Made by a program: the position numbers and the translations under genes
The notes under the pieces: model-generated
Told to the model about the DNA's origin: nothing
The model's database searches: none
The model's input: only the letters and a program-made list of their open reading frames with translations
From: Felis catus
Lineage: Eukaryota
Assembly: GCF_018350175.1 (NCBI RefSeq)
Contig: NC_058368.1
Span: forward strand, 101,186,001 to 101,250,000
Length of the DNA: 64,000 nucleotides
Direction of reading: 5' to 3'
Shown here: positions 13,213 through 25,530 of the stretch, piece after piece
Layout of the letters: every line of letters starts with the position of its first letter
Numbering within the stretch: position 1 is the stretch's first letter

Positions 13213-13466
13213 AGGAGGGACAACTGTCTGCGGCTCTTCTGAACAGCCTTTCCTTCAAATGATTGAGAAGAAGACATTGAGGGGATGTGGTAGCCGCTGT
13301 GCCCTAATGGGTGCTCGGTCAGTGCTCCAGGCAGCCCGTGCATGCAGAGTGGTGACAGGAAATCACTGTCTATGCCCAGCTTGCTGCTAGAGTTTGAGTG
13401 TGTGTATAGTCATAGACCCCAGCCAGGAATAGCAACCACCACAGAGAAACTAGAGACCACCATTGG

Positions 13467-13468
<2 letters not shown>

Positions 13469-13501
<33 letters not shown>
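13469..13501. repeat. (GT)n microsatellite
   Basis: Seen directly. Confidence 0.95.
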
Positions 13502-13503
<2 letters not shown>

Positions 13504-14366
13504 AGATAGGTTTATATAGACTGAGTGGCCATGAAGTTAGTGTGTTGCGTAGGAGGTGGGTTGAGCTCAGGGTCTCTAGGTTACAATCTCTTTCAAAACT
13601 ATTTTATTTTTTAACATTAAAGCCAGGAGATACTCTTGGAGCAGGATGCCGCTTTGCTCATCAGACACACTGACTCCTCACTATGGCCCACAGTTACCTT
13701 CTTTCTACTGTACCTTCTAGAGGGCTGAGCCTCTTGAGCCACCCAAACACGGGTCGATCCTGAATTTTTCTGTCTCCCATCCCACCTGCAAACATTCTTC
13801 TCGCCCTGAGTTTGCTCGCACTGTGATACTTCTGCACAGAAACAACCACCCACACCCACCCCCTGCGGTCGCCGCGGACTAATGTAGTGCTTCCTCCACA
13901 CCCCATGTTCGGAGGTGACACGGGATCTTTGGCCGCTGCGCCGAGGGGAGTAGAATCCCCGATTTTAAATTAGCAGCAGGTGAAATTCTATTTGTCATCA
14001 ATTTCTCTTTGGGGTTACAGAGCAGAAAACTGCAGACAAGATGCTGCTTTGATGGCTCACTCCTAAAAATCTCTTTTTGTTCTTTATCTATTTGAACTGA
14101 CAGTGATCAGAGCTGCAGCAGGACAGGGCTCTCTGGAGAAATCACCTTCCCCCTGCCTATTGACAGATCCCTCTGTTCTGCATCAGACGGGCTTTGTCCC
14201 GTCCCGGGCATCCAGGCCTTGGAAGGAGCCACCAATTAAACCTCTTGAGCCGGTAAAATCTGAAGCCACTTTGGAGTGTCTGTTCTCATTAGGCAGGATG
14301 AGAGGAAGCCCATCACCCTGCAGGCCCCCGCTCCCCGGTCTCAATTTTCTCTCTTGCCTCCACCAG

Positions 14367-14481
14367 GTGCGAGAGGTGTGAACGGAGCTTCACGCAGGCC
14401 ACGCAGCTGAGCCGGCACCAGCGGATGCCCAATGAGTGCAAGCCAATAACTGAGAGCCCAGAATCAATTGAAGTGGATTAA
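14367..14481 (+). CDS. PRDM6: PRDM6 terminal coding exon (degenerate last zinc finger, acidic tail, stop)
   Basis: After acceptor caccag|G it reads (K)[37 protein letters not shown], with TAA at 14479-14481. In frame with the previous exon. Confidence 0.95.
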
Positions 14482-14602
14482 CTGATTGACTGGTTGGAAT
14501 TAAACTGCAAGCAAAGTCATGATTAAATGTCATGGACACTTAAGCAAAACCAAAGATTTCCTCTGAGCAACTTTCAATCAGTCCCAGAAAACCAAAAGCA
14601 GT

Positions 14603-14608
14603 AATAAA
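14603..14608 (+). terminator. Candidate proximal polyadenylation signal
   Basis: AATAAA about 120 nt after the stop. No clear downstream GU-rich element. Confidence 0.35.
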
Positions 14609-14666
14609 ATAAGTAAGATGTTAAAGAGATATTGATCCTGGCGTGGAAGTCAGACCAGGAAAGAGA

Positions 14667-14678
14667 TTATTTATTTAT
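14667..14678 (+). promoter_or_regulatory. AU-rich element
   Basis: TTATTTATTTAT contains the UUAUUUAUU nonamer and two overlapping AUUUA pentamers. Confidence 0.5.
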
Positions 14679-15340
14679 GACTAGGGATGAGACTTGTTTC
14701 AGTGGACCACAACCTGGGACGGTTCACGTTTCCAGTCCTCCCATGTATTTGCTTTGTTTCTAAAAAGCTTTTTTAAACTGTAATTTAATACCAAAGGGAG
14801 GAATCGTGTGGGTTCTTCGGCTCACACTTGTGACTAAGAATGCACAGGGACTTCTTTCTCGTTGCACCTTTTTTTTTTTTTTTTTAGTAGCATGATTCAA
14901 GGGGACCCACATTGTACAGCCCTCCTTCCTGCCGTTGGGGTTTGCGTGGCCCGATTTGGCCACCCCAGCAGGACCGCACAACCAGAAGCCAGAGCCTCCG
15001 CTAACTCATTGCCACCGTCAGCCCCGCGGGTGGCCCGTGTCTGTGTTTTCCACGCTTGTTTCCAAGGCCCTTTTTACGCCACTCCTTCCGTCCATCCGTC
15101 CACCCGGCAGCCTGACCTTGAGGCAGAGGAGCCTTGAAAAAGAAGAAAACGGTTCGGTTTCAAGATTGAAGGGGGGGGAAAAAAAGTGGGGAACTTACTT
15201 TGTCTTGTCAAGATCTCAGAAACATTTAAAATGTACAGAGCTTCATAATACAGTATATCGTTCCGAAGCAGCTAGTGGAGAAGATTTTGTTTTCAATAAC
15301 ATTTTAGCTTAAAAAAAAAAAAAAAACCACAAAAACACAA

Positions 15341-15346
15341 AATAAA
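15341..15346 (+). terminator. Candidate main polyadenylation signal
   Basis: AATAAA followed about 50 nt later by a U/GU-rich tract (ttttttcattgtgtctgtg). Confidence 0.55.
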
Positions 15347-16216
15347 GTTCTTCGGTACGAAGCCGAAACATAAGGTATTAGGCTTCCAGGAACTTTTTTC
15401 ATTGTGTCTGTGAAAGTGTTGAATACGTGAGCAGAAAGGGTGCCCGGCCCCATTGTCAGCGCTCTCTGAGGTAGTTTTGTCTTCTTCCCTCCAGTAGAGG
15501 AAGCCCGGGAGACCCCTTTCCTCACTCCTGAGTGTCAGGGGAGCGTTGCTGCAAAAACAAGGGAAAATAGCCCAGACCAGGAAGCAGTGAGTGGAGGAAC
15601 CGGGGACAGGGTTGTGATTAGAACAGACCGCACAAGAGCAGCTCTTTTTATCAGTTGGAATTACCTGTTCATCTCCTCTGGTCCTTGATAATACTCTTCT
15701 CTCATCGCTAATCTGTTGGAAGAGCAAAGATGGTGTACATAATTTCACCCCCCCTTGGTTGAGCACAAGGGAAGTGAGTGAACTTGAGCTAGCCTTTTGG
15801 CAGTTCGACAGTGGTGCCTGGTCACATTGGGTGCACATCCCGCGAAACGATCCACTATCAGGAAGAGCGGGTGGCCGCTGTACTCGTGTCCGTGAGCTCC
15901 CAGCCTCGTGGTGGAGCCCAAGTCTACCTTGTAGGTGTCTTGATCGCGTGGTAGCAGGACACAGCCTTTTGAGGAACTCTTTGTCTCTTAGCCCTCCCCC
16001 GGTCTTCCCTTAACAAAAACACGAGACACGGAACTGGCTGCCGGAAGGCAAGGGTACCCCTGTGTGGTGCACCTGATTCTGTCCTCATGGATTTGCTTCT
16101 CAGAAAATCTTCCTTTACTTTTAACTTTGCCTCCCCGCCCCTTAGCACCCAACTGCCACATTTAAAATGGGTGTGGAACAGGGCCTCATTGTGTTTGTAA
16201 TTTATCTATATATACA

Positions 16217-16608
16217 TGGTTAAAAAACCAAACTGAATCGAGTAAATTTGAAGATCTGATTGGCTTTATTAAAGGATTCATGAACTGGACTGTGTCCCAT
16301 CTGGCGAGCAGAGAGATGCTTCCAGGATTTGGACTAAGTAGTAGGTTTTTGTAGGAAGAAAGGAGGGGGAGGAAGTTATCAGCAAAAGAAAAGGAAGGGT
16401 TCTTGCAGGTCACGACATCTTTTTTTTTAGTGGGAAGGGAACTGGCAGGATTTTTATCATGCAGGTTACTTCGCTGGTCAGGAAATTTCAGATGGACTCA
16501 TAAAAGGTCACATTCGTGGGTTAGGTTGAAACTGTAGTTAAATCGTGGTTGACTCTTGTGTGGGTGCAAATGACTCCATTTCAGGCTTGTTATTTGTCTT
16601 TTTTAACA
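16217..16608 (-). mobile_element. Solo ERV1-like LTR (family uncertain)
   Basis: TG...CA ends with inverted termini tggttaaaaaa / ttttttaaca; minus-strand AATAAA near 16265; imperfect 5-bp TSD ataca/atata. Confidence 0.65.
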
Positions 16609-17168
16609 ATATATTTATATCTCAAAATAATCTCTAAGATTGTGGGCTCCCAGGAGGAATTTGAACAATCCTGATCTCCATTGTCAGATATGACCTAGAA
16701 TGTTCTCTTGGTTCTTTTTGGCTTTTTGTCGAGCAACTTGTAAGCATCCTGTGCTGCCCTGTAAGTTTTGCTGATGAAAAGTATTCCCTCTGGTAGATAG
16801 GAATGTGTTTTGTCTCATAGTTCCTTGTCTTAAATGATGGAGGCATTTGCCAAAACTGCGTGCCATTGGGCACGGTGGAAAGAACACGGAGCCTTAGTAA
16901 CCTAAAACCTCTAAGAACATGTCAGATTGGCTGTACAGAGGAGGAAGCTGTTCCATTTATTAAAGATGAAACATTTGGCTGTACATTTTGAATGTGATGC
17001 AAAGGGACTCACCTGTATGTCCCCAACAATTTTTTTCCCTGAGAAAAATCGCTCTGTCATTTACCGCATTTCACAATGAAACACGCATGTGCTCTACTCA
17101 GTTCCCAGGACCTCCGCATGCAAGATGGAGAAAAATTCACTCCTCCCTTTCTGCCATGGGAAGTGTCT

Positions 17169-17382
17169 CTTTTTTTTTTTTTTTTTAAACATTTATTTAT
17201 TATTTAGAGTCAGAGCATGATCATGGGAGGGGCAGAGAAAGGAGGAGACACAGAATCCAAACGAGGCTCCAGGCTCCAAGCTGTCAGCATAGAGCCCAAT
17301 GCGGGGCTTGAACTCACAAACTGTGAGATCATGACCTGAGCCCAAGTCGGTTGCTTAACCGACTGAGCCATCCAGGCGCCCC
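17169..17382 (-). mobile_element. Can-SINE
   Basis: Poly-T tail and consensus body; TSD gcca(t/c)gggaagt. Confidence 0.95.
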
Positions 17383-18330
17383 GGCCACGGGAAGTTTCCA
17401 TAACTGTGGTCTCTGCCACTCTCAGGGTTTTCCTAGCTGACCCCGAAGTCCCACTTCATATGGCAGCAACCTTTTTAAACCAGAAGATTCTTCTAGCTTT
17501 CTGCTCCATTGAAGCCTCTTTTTCTCCTTTATTGGAAAGGGAGACGTTTGGCATGTCTTTTCCACCCAACTTGGTCAGAAAGATTTTCTCTTTAACAAAT
17601 AGAAAATCGAGGACGGCCCTAATGTTCACATTGCTGAGCCGTCCTCAGTTTCTAGCGGACTAGCCCAGGCTGTCTGTTCGTAAGACAGGCCTCGACCTAT
17701 AAATTGACTTGAAGTCCTGAAGCAGGTCCAGACATTATTTGGGTTATAAATGCTTTTAATTGAGGTATGTGCCACGGAGGGGATTTCTCCCTAATATCTC
17801 CCAGCTATTGCTTGAGCGTTTGTACTTAAAAATGATAGATACTCAGGAGGCTGCAAATGGGTGGCAGAAACTGCAGTCATAAATTTTGCCAGTTTCCCTT
17901 CTCAGCAACTTCCTAATTCATTACAGTGTGAAGAGCATAAAAGCTCGGAATCGCTGGGACAGGGGGAGGCTGTCCGCCGAAGCGGTATTTGCCTCCTTAA
18001 GCTTTCCATGATTACCCTCTTCTATCATTGGGGAACCCTTTTTATTTCCAGAATAAGATGTACTATCCTCGCACATGCTCATTTGTCTAGCTAAGAGCCT
18101 AAGCCAAGGGGAAATGCCAGGTGGGGCTGCAAAAGTAACATTTCTAGAAAAATCTCAGTAACTGGAGGTAAAGCCACATATTTTCCCCAGGAAATGTGCA
18201 TGATTTTTTTTTAAACCTAAGCTTTTGGTTTTGGTGGTCTTTATCTTTCAAAGTGACTTTTCAAAAGGGGAAGATAAACTTTTACAGAGTTATTGTGTGG
18301 ATAGTTAAAGCTGTAAAACCAAATCCCTAC

Positions 18331-18447
18331 AGGCAGGCTCTACACTGTCAGTGCAGATCTCTTCACGGGGCTCGATCCCATGAACCATGAGATTGTGACC
18401 TGAGTGGAAGTCAGACACTTAACCATCTGAGCCACCCCGGGTGCACC
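18331..18447 (-). mobile_element. Can-SINE head only, no (CT)n or tail
   Basis: gcaggctct...ggggctcgatccc...ctgagccacccc. Confidence 0.85.
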
Positions 18448-20112
18448 AGCAAACTCTTTATTTTGTATAAATGCCCCCTTTTAGGTGTTCGCTCTAAGTG
18501 GCCTTATTTAAGTGATTATTGATGAAAGAATACAATTTTCTCGTATTCTCCCTTGTAAGTGGCTGGCTAATAGCATGGGGATTTTAGTCCTTTAGGCTGT
18601 TATTTTAGTGAAGTCACAGAGGTTGCTACAGTTGTGAGCCTCAGATGTCAGTGCAACTGGGGACCAGAAGGTAGCATATTTCAAAAGAAATTAAGATGTG
18701 CCACTACATTGTCTTTGGCTGACCCACTGGGCTACTTAGCATCCATATCGAGGTACCAGGACTGGAGTCCAGAGTCTTAGTGTTTTTACGGCCCTCTTCT
18801 AGGGGTAGGGAATAAATACGGGCTGGACGTGCTCAGGCAGGGAACGCGGCATCCCCTGCGTGCGTCTGAGCGGCCTCATTGGTGACAAGCCTTGGCAATG
18901 CAGCCCCTGTCCCCACTTTGTGGCTGTGGTGCTCTCAGAGGTGGCGACCCCTAAATGGTACCCAGGTGTCTTAGCAATATGGACACCCACCTTTGGTTTA
19001 AGAAGAGCAGTTGTTTGGTTAAATTTGGTTTTGGACCTCACTCTCCATCTTTTCGTGCAGCTAATACTGGGTGGTCTTCCTCTTCCATGAAACCACTTTC
19101 CCAGGCCTCGGGTCTCTGGTGTATCATTGTGAAATTAATTGGTAGTAACGGGTTGCAAGAGTTGTTCCTGCAAGCAGCTAACATTTCATTGCGTTTCATG
19201 GAAGAAATAGCATCATTGCTGTTATTAGAGTGCCCTGCTGTAAAAACTGAAACACAGGTATCTGTTGCGTTGTTTAAAATAGGAAACATGATGCATCTAA
19301 AAAAGCAGGACATTTCTGGAACAGCCTGAGGTCAGTGGGTCCCTCGGAGGAGGCCCAGGCAGCCTTGTGTTTTAGGAGCGAATCTGTCGTTCTCTAATTG
19401 AGGCTACATATGCCTGCAGGAATCGGGCACATAGCAAACACACTTTCTGAAAAGTTCGCTTCTCTTTTCCTTCTTCGATGTGCATTTAATTTTATCTCCC
19501 ATAACCTTTTCCAGTTCCTGACATCAAATCCTAAAAGATCCTGAGAGATGTGCTGCTTTGAGTGATAACAGCACGTTCCAGAAATGTCATTCATTTGTCA
19601 GGAGCCTTTCAAGGCAACGAGGTTCGGAGACGTTTTATGAAGCGACTGGATGTTTGGGTATTATCCAGCCAAGAGTGTGAGGTTTCCCTATCACTTAACA
19701 CCTATCTGGACTACTACCAAATAACAACGTAGAGTCCCGGGAAGAGCCACATTTCAGACTTTCTCAAGATTCGATTCTCCAAACCCAACGATCAGCTGTC
19801 AGGAACAACTGGCCAGGGAGAACCAAACTGAAAAGGATATTGCTTTCCTTGTGGAAGGCTTGTGTCAGACGTTGAGCCTGTAATTCATGGTTGTGTTTAA
19901 CAATGCCAGTATTTATTTAGTTTCTTCTTTTTAAGTAACGCGTGTCAGATAGTTCATCGGATCAATAGGAAAAATGACAAGAAACAAAAATATGTCAGAA
20001 AACAGAGCACAGACATTAAACTATTGAACTACCTTCCCTCTGTATTGAGAGGCAACCGTTGTGCTTAGAAAACAGTCTGTTGACTAAGTTTTAATAGGAA
20101 AATAAAATGAAC

Positions 20113-20308
20113 GGGTCGCCTGGGTGGCTCACTCAGTTAAGCTGCTGACTTTGGCTAAGACCACGATCTCACAGATTATGAGTTCGAGCCCTACATTGGG
20201 CTCTCTGCTGTCAGTGCCAAGCCACTTTGGATCCTCTGTCTCCCTCTCTCTGTCCTTTCCCTTCTCTATCTCTCTTTCTCCCAAAAATAAATAAACATTT
20301 AAAAAATT
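20113..20308 (+). mobile_element. Can-SINE
   Basis: Head, (CT)n and tail; TSD aataaaatga. Confidence 0.93.
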
Positions 20309-20339
20309 AATAAAATGAGCTTCTTTTCCACACGTTGAC

Positions 20340-20465
20340 AGGAATAATGATAGCAACTTGTATTGTGCAGTCACTGGTAGGCACCGTTCTAACTGCTTGA
20401 CATGGATTATCTTACTTTAATCCCCAGTAACTCTGTAACAAAGATACTATCATTTTCCTCTTCTC
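20340..20465 (-). mobile_element. MIR relic
   Basis: taatgatagcaac...ggcaccgttcta...catggattatctt...taatcccc...actatcattttc. Confidence 0.55.
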
Positions 20466-20671
20466 ATGTGTACTTAATCTTAGCAGCTTCTTTACCGTTT
20501 TCCCCCCTCCAAAACCACACAACAGTAATTTTCTAAGACGGAAAACCTCTATTCAAAGCCTCTTTTTGAGAACAAGAGTTTTTTTAAAATAAAAAGACAC
20601 AAGTGTCATGTGTTTATAAAACGTGTTTCTAGAAACAATGCTGAGTTGCTCTTAAAATATGTGTCATTGTA

Positions 20672-20863
20672 GGGGCGCCTGGGTGGCTCAGTCACTTAAG
20701 CGTCCAACTCTTGATTTCTGCTCAGGTCATGATCCCAGGGTCATGGGATTGAGCCCTGAACTGGGCTTTGCATCGAGTGTAGAACCTGTCTAAGATGCTC
20801 TCTTTCCTTCTGTCTCTTGACTCAAGACTTGCACACCACTCTCTTAAGTAAAAACAGACAAAA
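20672..20863 (+). mobile_element. Can-SINE (older)
   Basis: ggggcgcctgggtggctcagtc head. Confidence 0.9.
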
Positions 20864-21182
20864 TGTGTGTGTGTGTGTGTGTGTGTGTATACACACATAT
20901 ATACACATATATATACAGATATACACATATATATACACATATATACATATATATATATACAGATATATATACACATATATATACACATATATACAGATAT
21001 ATACAGATATATATACACATATATACAGATATATATACACATATATACACATATATACAGATATATATACACATATATATACAGATATACACATATATAT
21101 ACATATATATACACATATATATACATATATACAGATATATATACACATATATACACACACATATATATATATATGGGTGTGT
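20864..21182. repeat. Compound (TG)n + (TA/CA/CAGA)n microsatellite
   Basis: About 320 nt of mostly alternating purine-pyrimidine sequence; source of the I/Y/H/T-rich ORFs. Confidence 0.97.
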
Positions 21183-23474
21183 CCGTGTAGGTGCTGATTT
21201 TGTAATCACCACATCTGTCCTGCTGAACAACAAATTTTCAAATATCCCATTGCTGGCAGGCATTGTTTTTGTTTTTCCAAACTCGCAACTAAAAGTCCGC
21301 CTTAAAAAGAATCCTCTGAAGCCTGTGATACACATTGGAAACAAATGGCATCAGGCAGGAAGGCAGGCTATGTTGGGCCGTGGCCAAAGGAGAGCTGGGC
21401 TAGAGCACTATTGACAAGCGAAGACACATCGTGAATGAGGCTAAGTGAAATCTCGTTTTCTTTCTTTGTTCTGACTAAATGCAAAGTGAGTTACTTTTCA
21501 GGCATCAATGGAGTAATTATGTAGCTGTGTCCATTAAGAATATGAGCTTGTGTGGTTAGTCTGTTGGTTTCAAGCAGCCAGGGACAAAGATGGGAGTCCT
21601 TATAGGTTTGGTTTGTCAAAGGTATAAACAACATAGGTACATGCGTGACGTACTCAAGGAACCAGTTGACGTTCGTAGCCACAACCTAGAGACTCCTTTT
21701 GAGGTGGGTTCGAAAAGTAAGTTGACAACATTTCTCCATGAGCTGACTTTCTTACGAGGCAGTTCTTTATCACGGTGTAGAAACCACAGGGTAGGCTACG
21801 TTTTTTCCAAATTCAGATTCCTATTAGAATCTTGTTGGTCAAAATGATGAACAGGTTTCCCCCATCAGTGAAACATGGTGGGTTGCAGTTGGTATTTCCT
21901 TTCGTACAAAACATCTCTATTGCTGCCTTTCTCCCCCAAAGCTTGGCGTATCACTCCTGACTGGAAACAATCTTGATAGAAACTTCAACCAACTGGAGGT
22001 ATATTGCTACAGCAGAATTCTGTTTATGTTTTGTTTTTGTTTTTTTTTAATCCTCCTACAGTAGATGATCACCACATGTCAGGGAGAGCAGCCATGTGGA
22101 CCAAATGTCCACCTACTCACACTGTGGATCCCCATGCAAGCATTTTCTAATTGTAAAAATCCACCCTTGTAGACTTACTTTCTCTGAACAATCCAGTACG
22201 CGGACTTGAGTTTTTCCCAACTTGGAGAGAATACAATAGCAAAACCAGAGGCAAAATTCTTCTGGGAAGTCCTAAGTCCTCTGTGAAAGACGCTTCCTCC
22301 GGTATAAATTGAGTCATGTGGTGACTCCGACATGAAGGAAAGCTTTGGCTCAGATCAGCATAATTATTTTGGAAACCTGATGTCCCCAAGGTAATTTATT
22401 TTGTTCTGTCAAGGGAAGGCATCCAGCCTGTAGCATCCTACTAGAAATGTGGTATTTAGATGCTGTCAGGGCACTGTGTAATTTCCTTGATATGCTAATT
22501 TTAAATTTATTGTGAATGTTCCCCACTAGACTAGAGATCTGTCTGTCTCTCTCTCCACCTCCCCACCAAATAAAATGGGTAGGGTTAGCATTTAATTTCA
22601 GTTGTTGTTTTTGAGGTTTGGAAAGTTTAAACGAGTCAGGAGAATGAGGAGAGAAGCTCACTGTGGTATCGAATGCTTGCTGTAAGGACTGCTCGCTTAT
22701 AGGATGGATAGGACTGACTGTCTTGTAGTTAGAATGGTAAACAATTTGTTTATGCTTTTACATCTTATTAAATTCACATCTTAAAAAAAAAAAACAACTA
22801 TAAAGGACCAATGAGACCATACATTCAGCTGTATTCTTATGATAGTCTGTCCCGGGATTACATTGTGTTTAAATGAGAAGCAGGCACACATTTAGAGATA
22901 ATTGACAAAGGATTGTAAATACATTGGATTCATAAGACCTGCCTGTGCTAACTTGGATGTGCCTGTGGGCTCTGCCTTTCCAGCCCCATGTTGGTCACTT
23001 CCCCAAGTGCAAGCTGTTTGATTCTAGAATCCGTCAACAAACTGATTGGGTGGTAGGCGTCAACAAGTTCTTCTTGGGAGAGTGTAAGCTAGAAAATGGA
23101 ATAAGGAAGCTTGTGGAACTGGCTAGCAGAACGACTGTCAGAATTCATTCCTGTGGTCACCTGGGTCTTTTAGAGGTGGCTCTGCCCCTCGCTTCTGGGC
23201 TTGGTCACTCACTTGCCCAACCAGGTTGGGTCTACTATCAAGGAAACATAATATGCAGAGGCCCGGCCACAGTTCTAGACTTGATTTTTTTATCTCTGGC
23301 CTCCATTAGCCTCAGTGTAGCCTGGGTCTGTGGTCCTTCTGAGTGTCCACGGCTTCAAGGGCTCACAATCAGAAAGCCACAGTCAGCTGTTTGATTTACC
23401 TCCTGTTGTGTTAGAGAATGAAGTTCCACTTGACTCAGAAAGAGTATGTGAACTTCAAGAAACATCCAGGAAAA

Positions 23475-23895
23475 CCCTGAGGCTGGAGTGGAGTGACAGA
23501 GGGGGAGGTGGTAAGGGGCTAAGGTCAGCGAGGTAAAGGGAAGTGGACCATGAGAGCCTTGAAGGCCACTTGGGAGATCTTGAAGACTCTTTCCCCTGAG
23601 TGAGGTGGGGCAAGGTCTGCTTGGAAAACATCACCTGGCTGCTCTTTGGACCACAGAATGTAAGGGCATATGGGCTGAAGATGGGAATTGATTATGAGGA
23701 TACCTCACTATAGGGAACAGGTGGCGGGCAGAATCTCCCGCAAGGGGAGTAGTGGTCAAGACTGCAAGAAGTCATACCATTCTGCGTCTATTGGGATGAT
23801 TTGTGGATGGATTGGATGTGGAATGTTAGATAAAGAGAGGACTCAAAAATGACTCCCAGGTTTTGTGGCCTCAGCAAGCGGAAGATTGAGTTTTT
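23475..23895 (-). mobile_element. LINE-2 relic
   Basis: ggctggagtggagtga...gatggattggatgtgg...aatgactcccaggttttgtggcct. Confidence 0.75.
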
Positions 23896-24419
23896 CGGTT
23901 TGGGGGGTTTGTGTTCCTTGTTTAGGTCGCTCATCCTTTCTATAAGCATCAGGATCACTCCTGTATAATAAACATGGAAAGGATCGTGCACAGTAAGCAG
24001 CTGTGCCATGAGGATGCTGACTCTCTGTGCGTGGCCAGGCTCAGCAGCCAGCCCCAACCCCGGGAACTGGGTTGAATAATAGCCTGCTTCTTCTGTCACA
24101 CCACATGGATATTCCATTGGCCCAGAACGACACGCAGATGTTTCTTGAGCAAAAGATTACCTCAGAAGTAAAGATCTACTTTCAAAAGAGCAGTACCCTG
24201 CAGCTATAGGACATCTGAGTCTCCTTCTGGAGATTGTTTAAGGAAAGTGTGCTCTGGGAACACACATGGGACCATGTTTGTGCGTAGCTTGCTTCTCTTG
24301 TTAGTAGGCTCAGGTCCACACCTCTTGGTGGGAGGAAAGCAGGGCCAGCTACGGGTGTGGGGGGTGCGAACTGGGTTGTGGTTTTCAGCCTCCTGGTACG
24401 AATAGTTCTAAGTAGTTTT

Positions 24420-24644
24420 TTTTTTTTTAATTTTTTTTTCAACGTTTTTATTTATTTTTGGGACAGAGAGAGACAGAGCATGAACGGGGGAGGGGCAGAG
24501 AGAGAGGGAGACACAGAATCGGAAACAGGCTCCAGGCTCCGAGCCATCAGCCCAGAGCCCGATGCGGGGCTCGAACTCACGGACCACGAGATCGTGACCT
24601 GGCCGAAGTCGGACGCTTAACCGACTGCGCCACCCAGGCGCCCC
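24420..24644 (-). mobile_element. Young felid SINE (SINEC_Fc)
   Basis: Near-consensus and CpG-rich; TSD CTAAGTAGTTTT at 24408 and 24645. Confidence 0.97.
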
Positions 24645-24708
24645 CTAAGTAGTTTTAACTAATGGGACAACCCATGTTATTCATCTGTTCACACAGTCAC
24701 TTAGCAAA

Positions 24709-24910
24709 TTTTTTTTTTATTTTTTATTTTTTGGTTTATTTATTTTGAGAGAGAGCACAAATGGGAGGGGTAGAGAGAGAGGGAATCTCAAGCACACTGC
24801 ACTGTCAGCACAGAGCCCAATGCAGGGCTCGAACTCATAAACCGTGAGATGATGATCTGAGCTGAAATCAAGAGTCGGACGCTTAATCGACTGAGCCATC
24901 CAGGTGCCCC
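24709..24910 (-). mobile_element. Can-SINE
   Basis: T tail; ends gagccatccaggtgcccc. Confidence 0.93.
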
Positions 24911-25399
24911 ACAAATACTTTTAAAAGATGCTTATATATAAAATTGAATGGGACCTGGTAGGTGATAAAATCTGGAAGAGAGAGAAAGATATGTAATCAA
25001 ATAAAATGGTAGGCGGTAGGAGGTCATATGAAAACTGTCGGGGAAAGATTTGAGGGAGTAATCACTTCTCTTGGAGGAGACTTTCAGGAAAGTCTGAGGA
25101 GTTGCTTTCTGAGATGTGGCAAATGGAGACAAGGGTTTGAATTCCCTACTAAACAGCTATCACGAAAACTGTTGATGTGGGCTCATGCCTAAGATCCATC
25201 ACTTGCATTGATGGCTATCCACTGTTCCCTTCACTGGGACATGTGTGTCATATGTGAATCAAAGGTTTTTCCTTTTATTGAATTTTTGCCATTGTTTCCA
25301 TCCCCTGTGTGGGTACTACTTTTGCACACGGAAACTGGATAATTCACCAATAGTCAACAACCAACCAATGGCTCATAGCATTGAGCTGAGCTCTGGATC

Positions 25400-25530
25400 T
25401 TCTTACCTTTTGGGGTTGATGGATTTCTTTGAGAACGTGACTGCTTCACAGAAAAACCCAGAAACACACCAAGCTTCACATCGAATTTCAGAGAAGGGGG
25501 GCCTGGATCTCCCAGCTTAAGGACCTCTCA
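25400..25530. mobile_element. Possible hAT-Charlie MITE relic
   Basis: ccttttggggttgatggatttctttgagaa...aatttcagag resembles recalled MER112/113-type elements. Confidence 0.35.

Larger units (their letters stand above)
6865..14366 (+). other. PRDM6: Last intron of PRDM6 (GT-AG, 7502 nt)
   Basis: Begins gtgagt and ends ttttctctcttgcctccaccag. Splicing joins AA+G (Lys) and keeps the frame: ...EKPFK-CERC... Confidence 0.92.
14482..15370 (+). other. PRDM6: PRDM6 3' UTR (to the second AATAAA; may extend further)
   Basis: Follows the stop codon, lacks interspersed repeats, and has AATAAA at 14603 and 15341. The 3' end is inferred. Confidence 0.65.

Noticed and set aside
13855..13960. Short CpG-rich patch with a CTCF-like word
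   Set aside because: Too short for a CpG island, and the motif match needs a gap.
14070..14381. Possible alternative acceptor (pyrimidine tract, ctgacag at 14103) and 92-aa ORF before the last exon
   Set aside because: No supporting evidence; the acceptor at 14366 gives the correct zinc-finger frame.
17526..17535. CArG match CCTTTATTGG
   Set aside because: Isolated, with no supporting context; within chance expectation.
20722..21414. Six overlapping long ORFs (up to 183 aa) rich in Y/I/H/T/C/V
   Set aside because: Translation of a stop-free dinucleotide microsatellite.
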